DNA from: a virus
Lineage: Duplodnaviria > Caudoviricetes
Length of the DNA: 57,878 nucleotides
Virus record (IMG/VR): IMGVR_UViG_3300043178_000021
Span: 1 to 57,878 of that record
Direction: 5' to 3' (one strand)
Position numbers and translations under genes: made by a program. Positions 33,214 to 42,296 of this stretch are shown piece by piece (the first letter of the stretch is position 1; the number at the start of each line of letters is the position of its first letter). The notes under the pieces are model-generated. The model was not told the DNA's origin and made no database searches. It saw only the letters and a list, made by a program, of their open reading frames with translations.

Positions 33214-34743
33214 ATGGTCTGGAGGCTGGAGACTGCGTGCGGCAACGAAAGCGCGAAAGTCAAGTGGCAGGTCATTCCCTACATCAAGGGCCGCGGGCTC
33301 GATGTAGGGTGCGGGCACTGGAAGATCCTGCCGTGCGCGATCGGCGTGGACGCTGATCCGTCGGTGCGCCCCGATCTCATCGGGTGCGCCACCGATCTGT
33401 CCATGTTCGCCGCTGGCAGCATGGACTACGTCTACTCCTCGCACTGCCTGGAGCACTTGGAAGACCCCAGGCAGGCGCTGCGCGAGTGGTGGCGGGTGGT
33501 CAAGCCGGGCGGGCACCTGATGCTCTACCTGCCGCACAAGAACCTGTATCCCAACATCGGGCAGTTCGGGGCGAACCCGGATCACAAGCATGACTTCGTT
33601 CCCGACGACGTGACGCGCATCATGCAGCGCGCTGCGAGCGGCTGGGACCTTGTCGAGAACGAAGTGCGCGCCGAGCGCGACGAGTATTCGTTCCTGCAGG
33701 TCTACCGCAAGCTGGACAACAGCATCGAGCGGCTCGCTTCCTACAAGCTGCGCCCCGATCCCAAAACAGTGACAATGGTGTTCCGGCCGGGGGCGGTCGG
33801 GGACATGGTCATCGCCTCCTCGATCTTCCATCTGCTGCCGCGGCCGATCTGGGTGTGGACCAACCCGCGCGGCGCCCAGGTGCTGCAAGGCGATCCGCGC
33901 ATTGATGGGCTCATCGTTCACCAAGAGGGGATCACGCCCGACAACATGGGCGCGCTGCGCGAGTTGTTCGCGTACCTGGAGCAGCGCTATGGGCGGTTCG
34001 TGAATCTGTTGGAGAGCCTGGAGGGCGGCGTCCTGTTCGAGCCCTGGCAATCGGCGTTTTATTGGCCGGCAGAGCTACGCCGTGAACGGTGCAAAGTGTC
34101 CTACGTGCAGTTTGCGCACCAGGTCGCCGACGTGCTGTACGACCCGAAGCCCAGGTACATGCCGAGCCCGGAGGAGTTGCGCGTAGCGCAGGCGCGCCGC
34201 GACGCGGAGGGCCGCTTCATCATGTTCGGCCTGTCTGGCTCCGGGGTGCAGAAGCGATACCCGCACAGCGCGCGGCTCCTGGAGGCGCTGCTGGATGCGT
34301 TCCCGGAACACAACATCGTGTGTGTGGGTGAGTGGGACCATGCGCGCCATCCGCTGCCTCGGCACGCGCGCGTGGTGGTGGACGGGGTGGCCAATCCCAT
34401 GCGCGATACGCTCGCCCTGGCGCAGTGCGCCGATCTGGTCATCGGCCAGGAGACGGGGCTCATGTGGGCGGTGGCCATGTGCGATGTCCCCAAGGTGCTG
34501 CTGCTGTCGCACTCCAGTCCGCGCAACCTGGGGCTGGACTGGAAGCGCACGCAGGTGCTGCACGCGCACCAGGGCCGGGTGGCGTGCTGGCCGTGCCATC
34601 GGATGCAGCACGATTGGGCCTATTGCCACATGGACGACAAGACGGGGATGGCGGCGTGTCAGGCCGACATCCCCGTAGAGGCCATCGTACAGGCGGCGCG
34701 CCGCGCCCTGGTTATCGACGCGCTCGCAACAGCCGCGACTTGA
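33214..34743 (+). CDS. Class I SAM methyltransferase fused to a GT9 (heptosyltransferase-like) glycosyltransferase
   Basis: LDVGCG, YSSHCLEH, EWWRVVKPGG; RPGAVGDMV, ADLVIGQETGLMWAVA, CWPC...C. Confidence 0.85.
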   Translation: MVWRLETACGNESAKVKWQVIPYIKGRGLDVGCGHWKILPCAIGVDADPSVRPDLIGCATDLSMFAAGSMDYVYSSHCLEHLEDPRQALREWWRVVKPGGHLMLYLPHKNLYPNIGQFGANPDHKHDFVPDDVTRIMQRAASGWDLVENEVRAERDEYSFLQVYRKLDNSIERLASYKLRPDPKTVTMVFRPGAVGDMVIASSIFHLLPRPIWVWTNPRGAQVLQGDPRIDGLIVHQEGITPDNMGALRELFAYLEQRYGRFVNLLESLEGGVLFEPWQSAFYWPAELRRERCKVSYVQFAHQVADVLYDPKPRYMPSPEELRVAQARRDAEGRFIMFGLSGSGVQKRYPHSARLLEALLDAFPEHNIVCVGEWDHARHPLPRHARVVVDGVANPMRDTLALAQCADLVIGQETGLMWAVAMCDVPKVLLLSHSSPRNLGLDWKRTQVLHAHQGRVACWPCHRMQHDWAYCHMDDKTGMAACQADIPVEAIVQAARRALVIDALATAAT

Positions 34744-34915
34744 GCCGCGACTTGAGCCGGAACAGTTCCAGGAAGGCCGGGTGCATCGCACGGCGGCCGG
34801 CCTCCCAATCCTCCCAGGCGCGGGTCGAGCAATAGATCAGCGCGGCCGCCTCGGCTTGGGTGAGCTCGGCTTTGGTCCGGGCTAGCCGGATCTGCGCCCG
34901 AGTGGGCTGGTTCAC
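34712..34915 (-). CDS. XRE-family HTH regulator
   Basis: IRLARTKAELTQAEAAALIYCSTRAWEDWEAGRRAM. Confidence 0.85.
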   Translation of the reverse strand: MNQPTRAQIRLARTKAELTQAEAAALIYCSTRAWEDWEAGRRAMHPAFLELFRLKSRLKSRLLRARR

Positions 34916-35142
34916 ACGCCCGCCGTGGCGGTATATGGGCCGATGGACACAGGCGGCGCGCCAGCCTTGCTGGCGCGTGTCCACACTTCAATCGTGTAGC
35001 CCAGGGACGCGATGCGGCTAAGCGTCCGGGGCGAGAGGGTGGCCGTGCCTGCGAGGCCCGCGAACACGTGCGCGTCGCGGCTCATGGGGTAGTAGACGAT
35101 GCTGCCGTACACGTTTCGGCGCTCGATGTCGATGTGCTTCAC
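34912..35142 (-). CDS. Small hypothetical protein
   Basis: RNVYG...YP...FAGLAGTATL...LGYTIE family; SD AGGAG. Confidence 0.7.
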   Translation of the reverse strand: MKHIDIERRNVYGSIVYYPMSRDAHVFAGLAGTATLSPRTLSRIASLGYTIEVWTRASKAGAPPVSIGPYTATAGV

Positions 35143-35309
35143 TGTGGTCTCCTGTGGGGTGGGATGACGACGAATGCCGCCCTAGGGTACACCAGGACCG
35201 GCACGGCGGCCGTGCAGACCGGGCAGGCGGCGGTGTGGGTCTGGCGTACCTGGGCGTCTACGGCGACTGTGTGGTAGCGCCCCGGGCATCCTGGCGGGCG
35301 CTGGTTCAT
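35139..35309 (-). CDS. Small Cys/His (zinc-ribbon-like) protein, 56 aa
   Basis: Coupled at both ends; CPG...CPVC...PPH. Confidence 0.55.
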   Translation of the reverse strand: MNQRPPGCPGRYHTVAVDAQVRQTHTAACPVCTAAVPVLVYPRAAFVVIPPHRRPQ

Positions 35310-35617
35310 GCGTCAGCGCTTCTTCTGGCGTTCGCCTCGTGCTGGAGAGTGATCTGCTCGCAGAGCATGTCGATCTCCTCATCGCCGAGCGGCGGGAAAG
35401 CGCCCAAGTCGGTGGCGGCGCAAAGATCTGGTCTCTGCGCGGCGTCATTGCGCTGCCAGTAGCGCAGTGCGGCCAGAAAGGCGTCGGCGGTATCGCGCAG
35501 CGTGCTGAGATAGGCTACAGCAGCCGCGCCGTTGACTGGCGCATCGTTGCCGCCGATGCCCAAGCGGCGCAGGTCCGCCAGTACGCATTGCACGAAGGCG
35601 AGCGCTGCGGTGCTCAT
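35306..35617 (-). CDS. Hypothetical protein
   Basis: SD AGGAG; LAALRYWQ...EIDMLCEQI motif. Confidence 0.7.
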   Translation of the reverse strand: MSTAALAFVQCVLADLRRLGIGGNDAPVNGAAAVAYLSTLRDTADAFLAALRYWQRNDAAQRPDLCAATDLGAFPPLGDEEIDMLCEQITLQHEANARRSADA

Positions 35618-35865
35618 GATTGGTCTCCTGCTACGATCCAAGTCGTGCTCCCGGACTTGCGGGGCGGCCGGATCAAGGTGAGGGCGAGTCTCGAGCCGCC
35701 CGCGAGCAAGACGGTCGCTGCCGGGCCATAGTATACGGGCGAGTCAATCTGATAGTTGTCCCACATGCAGATCCCGATGACGTGCTTGGCCTCGATGCCC
35801 AAGCCTTCCAGCGCGCTGCCCAGGGACACGAGCTCGACATAAGTGGGGATGCGCGGCGTCAGCAT
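35614..35865 (-). CDS. Hypothetical protein
   Basis: SD GGAGG; WDNYQIDSPVYYG. Confidence 0.65.
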   Translation of the reverse strand: MLTPRIPTYVELVSLGSALEGLGIEAKHVIGICMWDNYQIDSPVYYGPAATVLLAGGSRLALTLIRPPRKSGSTTWIVAGDQS

Positions 35866-36056
35866 GGGGCGGCCTCCAGGGGCAGCAGATCCTCGGGCTG
35901 GACGTGCCAGGGCCGGATCCTGCGCGAGGTTCCGTCCATGCGCAGCGGCTCTACCTCCCACGCGCCGGAGCGCAAGGGGCGGAGCAGCCGCACCTTGGAG
36001 CAAGTGCCGTGGGCGTCGCGGTGCAGCGCCCACATGATCGAGTTAGGTTGCAGCAT
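35859..36056 (-). CDS. Hypothetical protein
   Basis: SD AAGGAG. Confidence 0.6.
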   Translation of the reverse strand: MLQPNSIMWALHRDAHGTCSKVRLLRPLRSGAWEVEPLRMDGTSRRIRPWHVQPEDLLPLEAAPC

Positions 36057-36264
36057 GGTGAGTTCTCCTTGTTGGGGTGAGGGGTGAGGCGTGAGCCTCC
36101 GCAAGCCCCCGCGAGGAGGCTGGCGGCGGATCACCCGCGCTACAGTCGTTCGGCGGCGACGGCCGCCGCAGCGCAGGCGCGGGACTGCGCCTCTACGGAT
36201 CACGAGCGGCGCGCCGCCTGCTTGCCCGGTAGCCGGCCAAGTAGGTCGTACGGTCTGGCCGTGC

Positions 36265-36753
36265 TCATTGGCGCATCCTCGCCTCAAGCTCCTCCACGGG
36301 CACCACGCCTCGGGTGAAGTCGCACAGCTCGCGATGCCGGTGCGCCTCGCAGCCCGCCGCCCGAACCGCCGTCCAGGCCGCCTCGCTGGCCGCATCGCGC
36401 GTCGCCGCCCAGGCCGCCCAGGCCGCCCAGGCCGCCGCGCGGGCCGCATTGCGCGTCTCCACGCAGACCTCCGACCGGGCCGCGCTGCGGGCCAACCAGC
36501 GCAGGGTCTGCTCGCCCTTATCGAGGTAGTACAGCACCACGGCCGGCGGGCGTCCCCGCCATTGTGCGATAACGCTCATCGCATAGCCGCGCGCCAGTAT
36601 CCCCGCGTACTGCGGCGCTACACACTCGATGAGCCACGCGAGCCAGTCCGCTCGGTCGCACTCGTGGTAGGCTTGGCGCAGCGTGCGTGCGCCGACCCAT
36701 GCGAGCGCTTCGGGGCACGCGTCCATCGCGACCAGTCGGTCGCGGAATGTCAT
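36265..36753 (-). CDS. Hypothetical protein with Ala/Trp repeats
   Basis: ACPEALAW...CDRADWLAW...AAWAAWAA family. Confidence 0.7.
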   Translation of the reverse strand: MTFRDRLVAMDACPEALAWVGARTLRQAYHECDRADWLAWLIECVAPQYAGILARGYAMSVIAQWRGRPPAVVLYYLDKGEQTLRWLARSAARSEVCVETRNAARAAAWAAWAAWAATRDAASEAAWTAVRAAGCEAHRHRELCDFTRGVVPVEELEARMRQ

Positions 36754-36871
36754 GATGGTTCCTTGTTCCGCACTGGCCGCTGCGTGCTGGTGCACAGACG
36801 AGTATGTCGATCCTGGCGTGTACTCGGCCATATCCTGCGCCGGACAATATTCGTTGGTTGTGCTCATCGCT

Positions 36872-37276
36872 TCATTCTCCCCATGGACTGTATGATGCCC
36901 GTATATCGGCGCACTGTTCGGACGCCTCGTGCTGCAGGTGCTTGTTAGCCCGCGCCTTGGCGATCATCCGCCCTCGCAAATCGGTCAGGATGCGCCGCAC
37001 CGCGACGGCAGACTGCGCAGGATCGCCCGTCTCGTAGGCGTGCCAGCACGCGATGATCGCGACAGCGAGCGGGTGGCGCTCGGAGCACGCGAGGTCGTCC
37101 AGCAGCTCCGGATCGGCGATGTAATCCTCGGCCAGGGCCTGCAGGGCCATGTCGTAGTCCTCGCGGTCCTCATCCTGCGAGTTCTGCGGATCGTTCGCAT
37201 AGTGGATCATGTTGGCCGTTTCTAGCTCGCGCCGCGCGGCGCGCAGCAATCGTGTTGCAGCGTCCAGGTAGTTCAT
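36872..37276 (-). CDS. Hypothetical acidic protein
   Basis: SD AGGAGGGG. Confidence 0.7.
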   Translation of the reverse strand: MNYLDAATRLLRAARRELETANMIHYANDPQNSQDEDREDYDMALQALAEDYIADPELLDDLACSERHPLAVAIIACWHAYETGDPAQSAVAVRRILTDLRGRMIAKARANKHLQHEASEQCADIRASYSPWGE

Positions 37277-37288
37277 CTCCCCTCCTGT

Positions 37289-37591
37289 TTATGCCTCGGG
37301 CCGCACGGCGGCCTGACTGCGCAGGTCGGCGTGCGATCGGCCGCCATCCAGATCGGCCCGGTGCCAGTCCAGGACCGCCTCCAAGGCTTCCTGGGCGGCC
37401 GGGGCCAACTCGATGTCAGTCCAGGACGTGCAGCCGCGCAGGGCGTCGAGCAGCGTCTGTGCGGCGTCGTGGTCGCAGCAGGCGAGGCGCACCGTGTGGC
37501 CGTCGATGTCGAGCAGCACGTCGCAGGCGCGGGAGCCGTCGCTGAGGGTGTTGGTGTGGATGCGCATGGATGTCTCCGTATAGTTGGTCAT
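37289..37591 (-). CDS. Hypothetical protein
   Basis: TLSDGSRACDV motif; alternative start at 37567. Confidence 0.65.
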   Translation of the reverse strand: MTNYTETSMRIHTNTLSDGSRACDVLLDIDGHTVRLACCDHDAAQTLLDALRGCTSWTDIELAPAAQEALEAVLDWHRADLDGGRSHADLRSQAAVRPEA

Positions 37592-38283
37592 GATGTTGTG
37601 CCTTCGGGTTGCGTGGAGGTTCGCGATGCGTAACGCTCGCCAGCGATGATGGCGCGCTGGAGGATAGCGAGCAGATCGAACTGAGAGGGCGTCACTTGCG
37701 ATACTACCGCCGCTCGCGCCGCCGCCACCGCCACCGCTGCCCGCGCTGCCCGCGCCACCTCCACCGCCCACACCGCCTCGATCACCCAGACCGCTGCCCA
37801 CGCTGCCCGCGCCGCCGCCACCGCCGCCCCCGACCCAATCTGGCTCGCCGCCCTCTCTGCGGCCTCCGCCGCACCCTGCGACCTATCCTTGCCGTCCAAC
37901 CAGTCGTCTGCCCAGCGCCGCCAAGCTGGAATGTCGCAATCGACTTGCGCGATATAGATCGCGGCACGCACGCGCTGGGCCAGCGTCAGCTGCGGCACTG
38001 CGAGCTCCCGCACCATCCTGGCACGCTTGCACCATCCCTTCAGCCCATCTGTGCCGGACTCTCGATCGATCTCGATCTCGATGAGACGCGGGTCTGGAAT
38101 AGCAGCATGGATGGGATTGAGGAAGACCGCGATGAGCGGGTGATGGTAGTAGTGGATGAATGCGTCGGAGCAGGGCTCGTTGCCTGTCCCGGCGGCCTCA
38201 TGCCATTCCGGCGTGGCCCAGTCGGTCTCATTCGACTCGCCGAGGCGGGTCTTCATGGATTGGGTTACCAGTTTGCAGAACAT
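37588..38283 (-). CDS. Conserved phage early protein with an Ala-rich C-terminus
   Basis: CSDAFIHYY.HPLIAVFLNPIHA...WADDWLDGKDRS; SD AGGAG. Confidence 0.75.
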   Translation of the reverse strand: MFCKLVTQSMKTRLGESNETDWATPEWHEAAGTGNEPCSDAFIHYYHHPLIAVFLNPIHAAIPDPRLIEIEIDRESGTDGLKGWCKRARMVRELAVPQLTLAQRVRAAIYIAQVDCDIPAWRRWADDWLDGKDRSQGAAEAAERAASQIGSGAAVAAARAAWAAVWVIEAVWAVEVARAARAAVAVAAARAAVVSQVTPSQFDLLAILQRAIIAGERYASRTSTQPEGTTS

Positions 38284-38297
38284 GTGGTCTCCTGGGG

Positions 38298-38612
38298 CTA
38301 CTCGGACACTTCGTCGGCGAGTGCGGCCAGATCGGCCGGCATTTCTGCGTTGGTGTAGTGGTTGCGCAGCAGCCACGCGGCCGCTCGCTGCGCCGTGAGC
38401 CATGCAGCAGAGGGCGGCCGCCCCTGCCAATCGCTGCGCCGCTCGGCATAATAGCGGCCCTTGCGCGAGCGGTAGAGTGTCTCGTGCTCCCACTGTTCTC
38501 CGGTGGCGAGGCTGATGCTATTCCGGCCATCGTAGGTGGTGCGCTCGTGGTACACGGCGGTAGCTTTGTGGGTGTGGACGATGATGCCGTCGGGCGTCGC
38601 ATGGCGGGTCAT
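38298..38612 (-). CDS. Hypothetical protein
   Basis: DGRNSISLATG.QWEHETLYRSRKGRYY motif. Confidence 0.75.
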   Translation of the reverse strand: MTRHATPDGIIVHTHKATAVYHERTTYDGRNSISLATGEQWEHETLYRSRKGRYYAERRSDWQGRPPSAAWLTAQRAAAWLLRNHYTNAEMPADLAALADEVSE

Positions 38613-38760
38613 GGATGCCTGCTAGTGAGGATAGTCTCTGCTTGGTAACTCGCGGCAACTGGGGCGGGGAGTTGCGCGCGGGCGCCGCCTGTGGTTTGAT
38701 GGGTATCTCTTTGGTCTGGTTGATGGTATCTTGCTTCCGGCCCGCCAGCCGGCAAGACGA

Positions 38761-38790
38761 ATCGTGCCACGCAATGCGTGGGCGTGTCAA
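38761..38790 (-). promoter_or_regulatory. Early leftward promoter with an embedded palindromic operator
   Basis: TTGACA(38790-38785)-N18-CACGAT; CCACGCA-A-TGCGTGG at 38767-38781. Confidence 0.6.
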
Positions 38791-38801
38791 GAGGAGAGCG
38801 C

Positions 38802-39104
38802 ATGGGCGGCAAGGCGTTAGGCAGTAGGAAAGGGGCGACTGGGCGCAAGACTCAGCCCGCCCCGGCGGCCAGAGAGGTGCCCGACACGAATCGCTCGGCA
38901 GACCGCATGCCCGACCCAGGCATGCCGCCTCCTCCCGTCCCGATGCGCGAGATGACCATCGACCAAGCGCGCAAGGAGATCAAGCTGCCGTCCGACGAGC
39001 GCATCCGCGGTCGCGTCGGCAAGGAAGGGATCACCATCGAGCGCATGGCCTGGCCCAAGAAGCAGACGATGCGCCACGGTGGAAAGGTCCGGGGGCGTGC
39101 ATGA
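38802..39104 (+). CDS. Basic Pro-rich protein with a C-terminal HGGKV motif
   Basis: SD GAGGAG; ends MRHGGKVRGRA. Confidence 0.7.
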   Translation: MGGKALGSRKGATGRKTQPAPAAREVPDTNRSADRMPDPGMPPPPVPMREMTIDQARKEIKLPSDERIRGRVGKEGITIERMAWPKKQTMRHGGKVRGRA

Positions 39105-40036
39105 GCCGCATCGGGCCGCTGTCGAACGTCTCGCGTCCCAAGGGCAATCCATCCTGGTTGCGGCGCGGCAAGGACAAGCGGCGCGACCAGCGGCAGATCG
39201 ACTGGGCCGCGATCAGGGTCGAATGGGAGGCCGGCGCGTCGGAGCGATCCATCGCTGCCCGCTATGGTGTCTCCCATACCGGCGTGGCCAAGCGATCCCG
39301 CAGGGATGCCTGGAGCATCGACGCCAGGAACCATAGCAAGCGTGAGCTCGCCGAGCGACTGGTGGGCGCGGTGCTCGCCGACGAGGTCGCGTTGCCGGGC
39401 GACGGACACTTGCCGGCAATCCAGCGGCCACTGGTGGCACCCTCCAGGGGAGACCCGCCGCCGTTGCGGCGTAATCCCGAGGCGAATCAACAGGATGGCG
39501 AGGCGGATTCCGGCAACGTAGACGGAAACGAGGACGGAACCACGCTGGATTCCGGGCCGGCCGGCATGACGCCTACCGAGTGGGTGCAGTCCCTGGGGAT
39601 GTTCCCTGAGTTGGGGGACGTGCTGCGCACCGTGGCCCGGGAGGAGATCCTGCAGGCGCGGCTGCGAGTCATTGCCCGGCACCGCGGGCTTGCCCATGTG
39701 GGGATGGGCGTGGTCGAGTTGCTCATGGGCCAGTTGGCGTTGTTGTCGAACCACATCGAGGACTTCGAGGAGTTCGCGGGGCGGTTGTGCGAGAACGACA
39801 AGGATCCGGCCCGGTTCAATGCGTTCATGAAGGCTATCAGTCTGCAGGAACGCTCGGCCACCATTCGCAACCTGGCACAGACATCCCGGCAGCTTGTGGC
39901 CATCGAGCGGCAGGCGGTGGGCCTGCCCATTGGCGATGCCCTCGAGGACGAGGACGCGCAGCGGGCGAAGCGGCCGGTATTCCGGGCCTACTACCAGGGC
40001 CAGGCGCAGGCGTCGCCTGCGGCCGGCAATGGATGA
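39101..40036 (+). CDS. terS: Terminase small subunit
   Basis: DWAAIRVEWEAG.SERSIAARYGVSH HTH; LVAIERQAVGL; upstream of TerL. Confidence 0.75.
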   Translation: MSRIGPLSNVSRPKGNPSWLRRGKDKRRDQRQIDWAAIRVEWEAGASERSIAARYGVSHTGVAKRSRRDAWSIDARNHSKRELAERLVGAVLADEVALPGDGHLPAIQRPLVAPSRGDPPPLRRNPEANQQDGEADSGNVDGNEDGTTLDSGPAGMTPTEWVQSLGMFPELGDVLRTVAREEILQARLRVIARHRGLAHVGMGVVELLMGQLALLSNHIEDFEEFAGRLCENDKDPARFNAFMKAISLQERSATIRNLAQTSRQLVAIERQAVGLPIGDALEDEDAQRAKRPVFRAYYQGQAQASPAAGNG

Positions 40037-40198
40037 TGCGATGCGGCAGACAGTGGCAGGAACGCCAGGCTCGGCACCATGCTGTCCGCTGCATCGCAGC
40101 GCAGATCACGGCGCGACCGAGGCCAGATTGGGGTCTGGGCGTGTCCAGCGGCGCGTGGCCGGCGGCCCCTCCTTCCCGCCTGCCGCCACGGTCGTGCC

Positions 40199-40408
40199 GT
40201 GACCCCGATCCAGGCCGCCGAGCTGGCATGGGCGCACGGCTGCACGCTGGAGATCAGCGACGGCACTCTGCGGGTGGTCGTGAGCCAAGAGCCGATGTCG
40301 GCAGTGCGTGACATGCTGCCGGCCGTGTGCGCGGCCAATGAAGCGATTCACGCGGCGGTGATGGCCTGCCAGATCGCGCTCGCCAGGGCAAGGAGAGGAC
40401 TGACATGA
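40199..40408 (+). CDS. Hypothetical protein
   Basis: Coupled small ORF. Confidence 0.5.
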   Translation: MTPIQAAELAWAHGCTLEISDGTLRVVVSQEPMSAVRDMLPAVCAANEAIHAAVMACQIALARARRGLT

Positions 40409-40602
40409 ACTTCGGTGAGCGGCGACAGAACGGGATCGGATGGCTGGCCGGCTGGCGGACCTACATCGTAGCGGCCTCCCTGGTGCTGACGGCGGCGGCA
40501 TCGTTCGCGCAAGGCGACGTGACGCTGAGCGAGGCAATACGGCAGGCGCTGGAGGGGCTTGGGCTTGCCGCCCTGCGCCTTGGCATCGCGGGGCAGCGAT
40601 GA
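40405..40602 (+). CDS. Putative holin-like membrane protein
   Basis: LAGWRTYIVA...GLGLAALRLGI two-TM pattern. Confidence 0.6.
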   Translation: MNFGERRQNGIGWLAGWRTYIVAASLVLTAAASFAQGDVTLSEAIRQALEGLGLAALRLGIAGQR

Positions 40603-40727
40603 GCGAGATCGGGGTATTCGTCGTCGTGTCGATCGTCCTGGCGCTCGCCATGGTGGTCGGGGCCCTGGCTTGGTTGTTGTGGAGTGATTGCGGCCGCCCA
40701 GCGCGGCGCAGGCGGACGCGGTCGTGA
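40599..40727 (+). CDS. Small single-TM protein
   Basis: ATGA coupling; hydrophobic helix plus basic tail. Confidence 0.55.
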   Translation: MSEIGVFVVVSIVLALAMVVGALAWLLWSDCGRPARRRRTRS

Positions 40728-42296
40728 ATGGAAGTCGAGGACGACCTCACAGAGTACGTCGCCGAGCCCACGGCGCAGCGGTTCCACGGCTCGCGCGCCA
40801 TCGTCAAGGGGATCATGGGCCCGCTGGGGTCTGGCAAATCGGTGACGGTGTGCTGGGAGATCATCAGGTTGGCCGGGCTCCAGGAGGCGGACAAGAACGG
40901 CATCCGGCGCTCCCGGTGCGGCGCGATCCGCAACACCTACGGCGAGCTGAAGTCAACGACCATCGAAACGTGGCTGCACTGGTTCTCCGACATCACGACG
41001 ATGCGCTGGGCCCATCCCATAAAGGCGATGGTGGAGTACCCTGGGGTAGATCCAGTTACGCAGGAGGAGGACGGGACCACGGTCCAGCTGGAGATCCTGT
41101 TCTTCTCGATGGACCGACCGCGGGACATCAAGAAGCTGAAGTCGCTCGACCTGACGTTCATCTGGCTCAACGAGTGCTCGGAGTTGGCCCTTGCCACGTT
41201 TCAGATGGCCTGGGCGCGCCTGTGGCGCTACCCGCCACTAAAGGACGGGCCCGGGCCGACAAACAGCGCGCTGTTGATGGACACCAACCCTCCGGACGAC
41301 GATCACTGGTACTACCGGCTCGCGGAGGAACAGGACCCGGTTGTGCTGGAGGCGCTGCGCGAGCAGATGGAGAAGTATCTGGGCGACGACCGGCCGCTGA
41401 TGCAGTTCTTCCGCCAACCTGCGGCCCTGCTGCGCAAGCCGGGCAAGGACGGGCTCATGGAGTGGTCGCCGAATCCCGAGGCCGAGAACGTGCGCAATCA
41501 CAAGCTTGGACACGGGTACTGGCTACAGATGGTGGTCGGGCGACCGCGGGAATGGATCAAGGTGTTCGTTGAGGGCAACTACGGCGTGGTCACGGATGGA
41601 ATGCCCGTGTACCCGGAGTACAACGACGAGATCCACTGCGCCAGCTACGAGATCAGGCCCATCGAGGGTGTCGGGCTGCACTTCGGCTGGGACTTCGGCC
41701 TCACCCCCGCCCTGGTGATCGCACAGATGACGCCAATGGGCCAGTTGCGAGTGATCGACGAGATATGCGCGAAGGCTGTCGGCCTGCGCACGTTCCTCAC
41801 GCATGTCGTCCTGCCGCACCTGCGCACGCACTATTCGCGCTGGCCGATCCCGGACATGCTGGCATCGAGCACCGGCGATCCCTCCGGCGAGGGCGGCGGG
41901 AACATTGACGAGTCGCAGAGCTGCATTATCGAGTTGGGGGATCAAGGTATCCCGACCATCGCAGCGTACACGAATGAACTGGTGCCGCGCCGCGAGGCTG
42001 TTGCGGGTTTCATGACGCGCCTGCTCGGCGACGGACAGCCTGGATTCCTCCTCTCGCCGAAGTGCAAGGTGCTGCGCAAGGGCTTCCGCGGCCACTACCG
42101 GCTGGAGCGCATTCAGGTGGCCGGCACCGAACGGTATCGCTCCGAGCCGGTCAAGGATATGTTTTCCCACCCACAGGACGCGCTGCAATATATCGCGCTC
42201 GGCCTGGACATGACACAGAGAGATGTACGCAGAAAAAGCCTTTGGGGAACAAGGCGCAGCCGCGCAGGGCTCGCTGACGCCACCGCCGGATACTAG
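40728..42296 (+). CDS. terL: Terminase large subunit
   Basis: GPLGSGKS Walker A, IWLNE Walker B, DTNPP, GWDFGLTPA, SHPQDALQY. Confidence 0.95.
   Translation: MEVEDDLTEYVAEPTAQRFHGSRAIVKGIMGPLGSGKSVTVCWEIIRLAGLQEADKNGIRRSRCGAIRNTYGELKSTTIETWLHWFSDITTMRWAHPIKAMVEYPGVDPVTQEEDGTTVQLEILFFSMDRPRDIKKLKSLDLTFIWLNECSELALATFQMAWARLWRYPPLKDGPGPTNSALLMDTNPPDDDHWYYRLAEEQDPVVLEALREQMEKYLGDDRPLMQFFRQPAALLRKPGKDGLMEWSPNPEAENVRNHKLGHGYWLQMVVGRPREWIKVFVEGNYGVVTDGMPVYPEYNDEIHCASYEIRPIEGVGLHFGWDFGLTPALVIAQMTPMGQLRVIDEICAKAVGLRTFLTHVVLPHLRTHYSRWPIPDMLASSTGDPSGEGGGNIDESQSCIIELGDQGIPTIAAYTNELVPRREAVAGFMTRLLGDGQPGFLLSPKCKVLRKGFRGHYRLERIQVAGTERYRSEPVKDMFSHPQDALQYIALGLDMTQRDVRRKSLWGTRRSRAGLADATAGY

Noticed and set aside
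36340-37870. Ala/Trp-rich GCC repeats as a diversity-generating or contingency locus
   Set aside because: Ordinary low-complexity coding tracts; no reverse transcriptase or TR/VR pair seen
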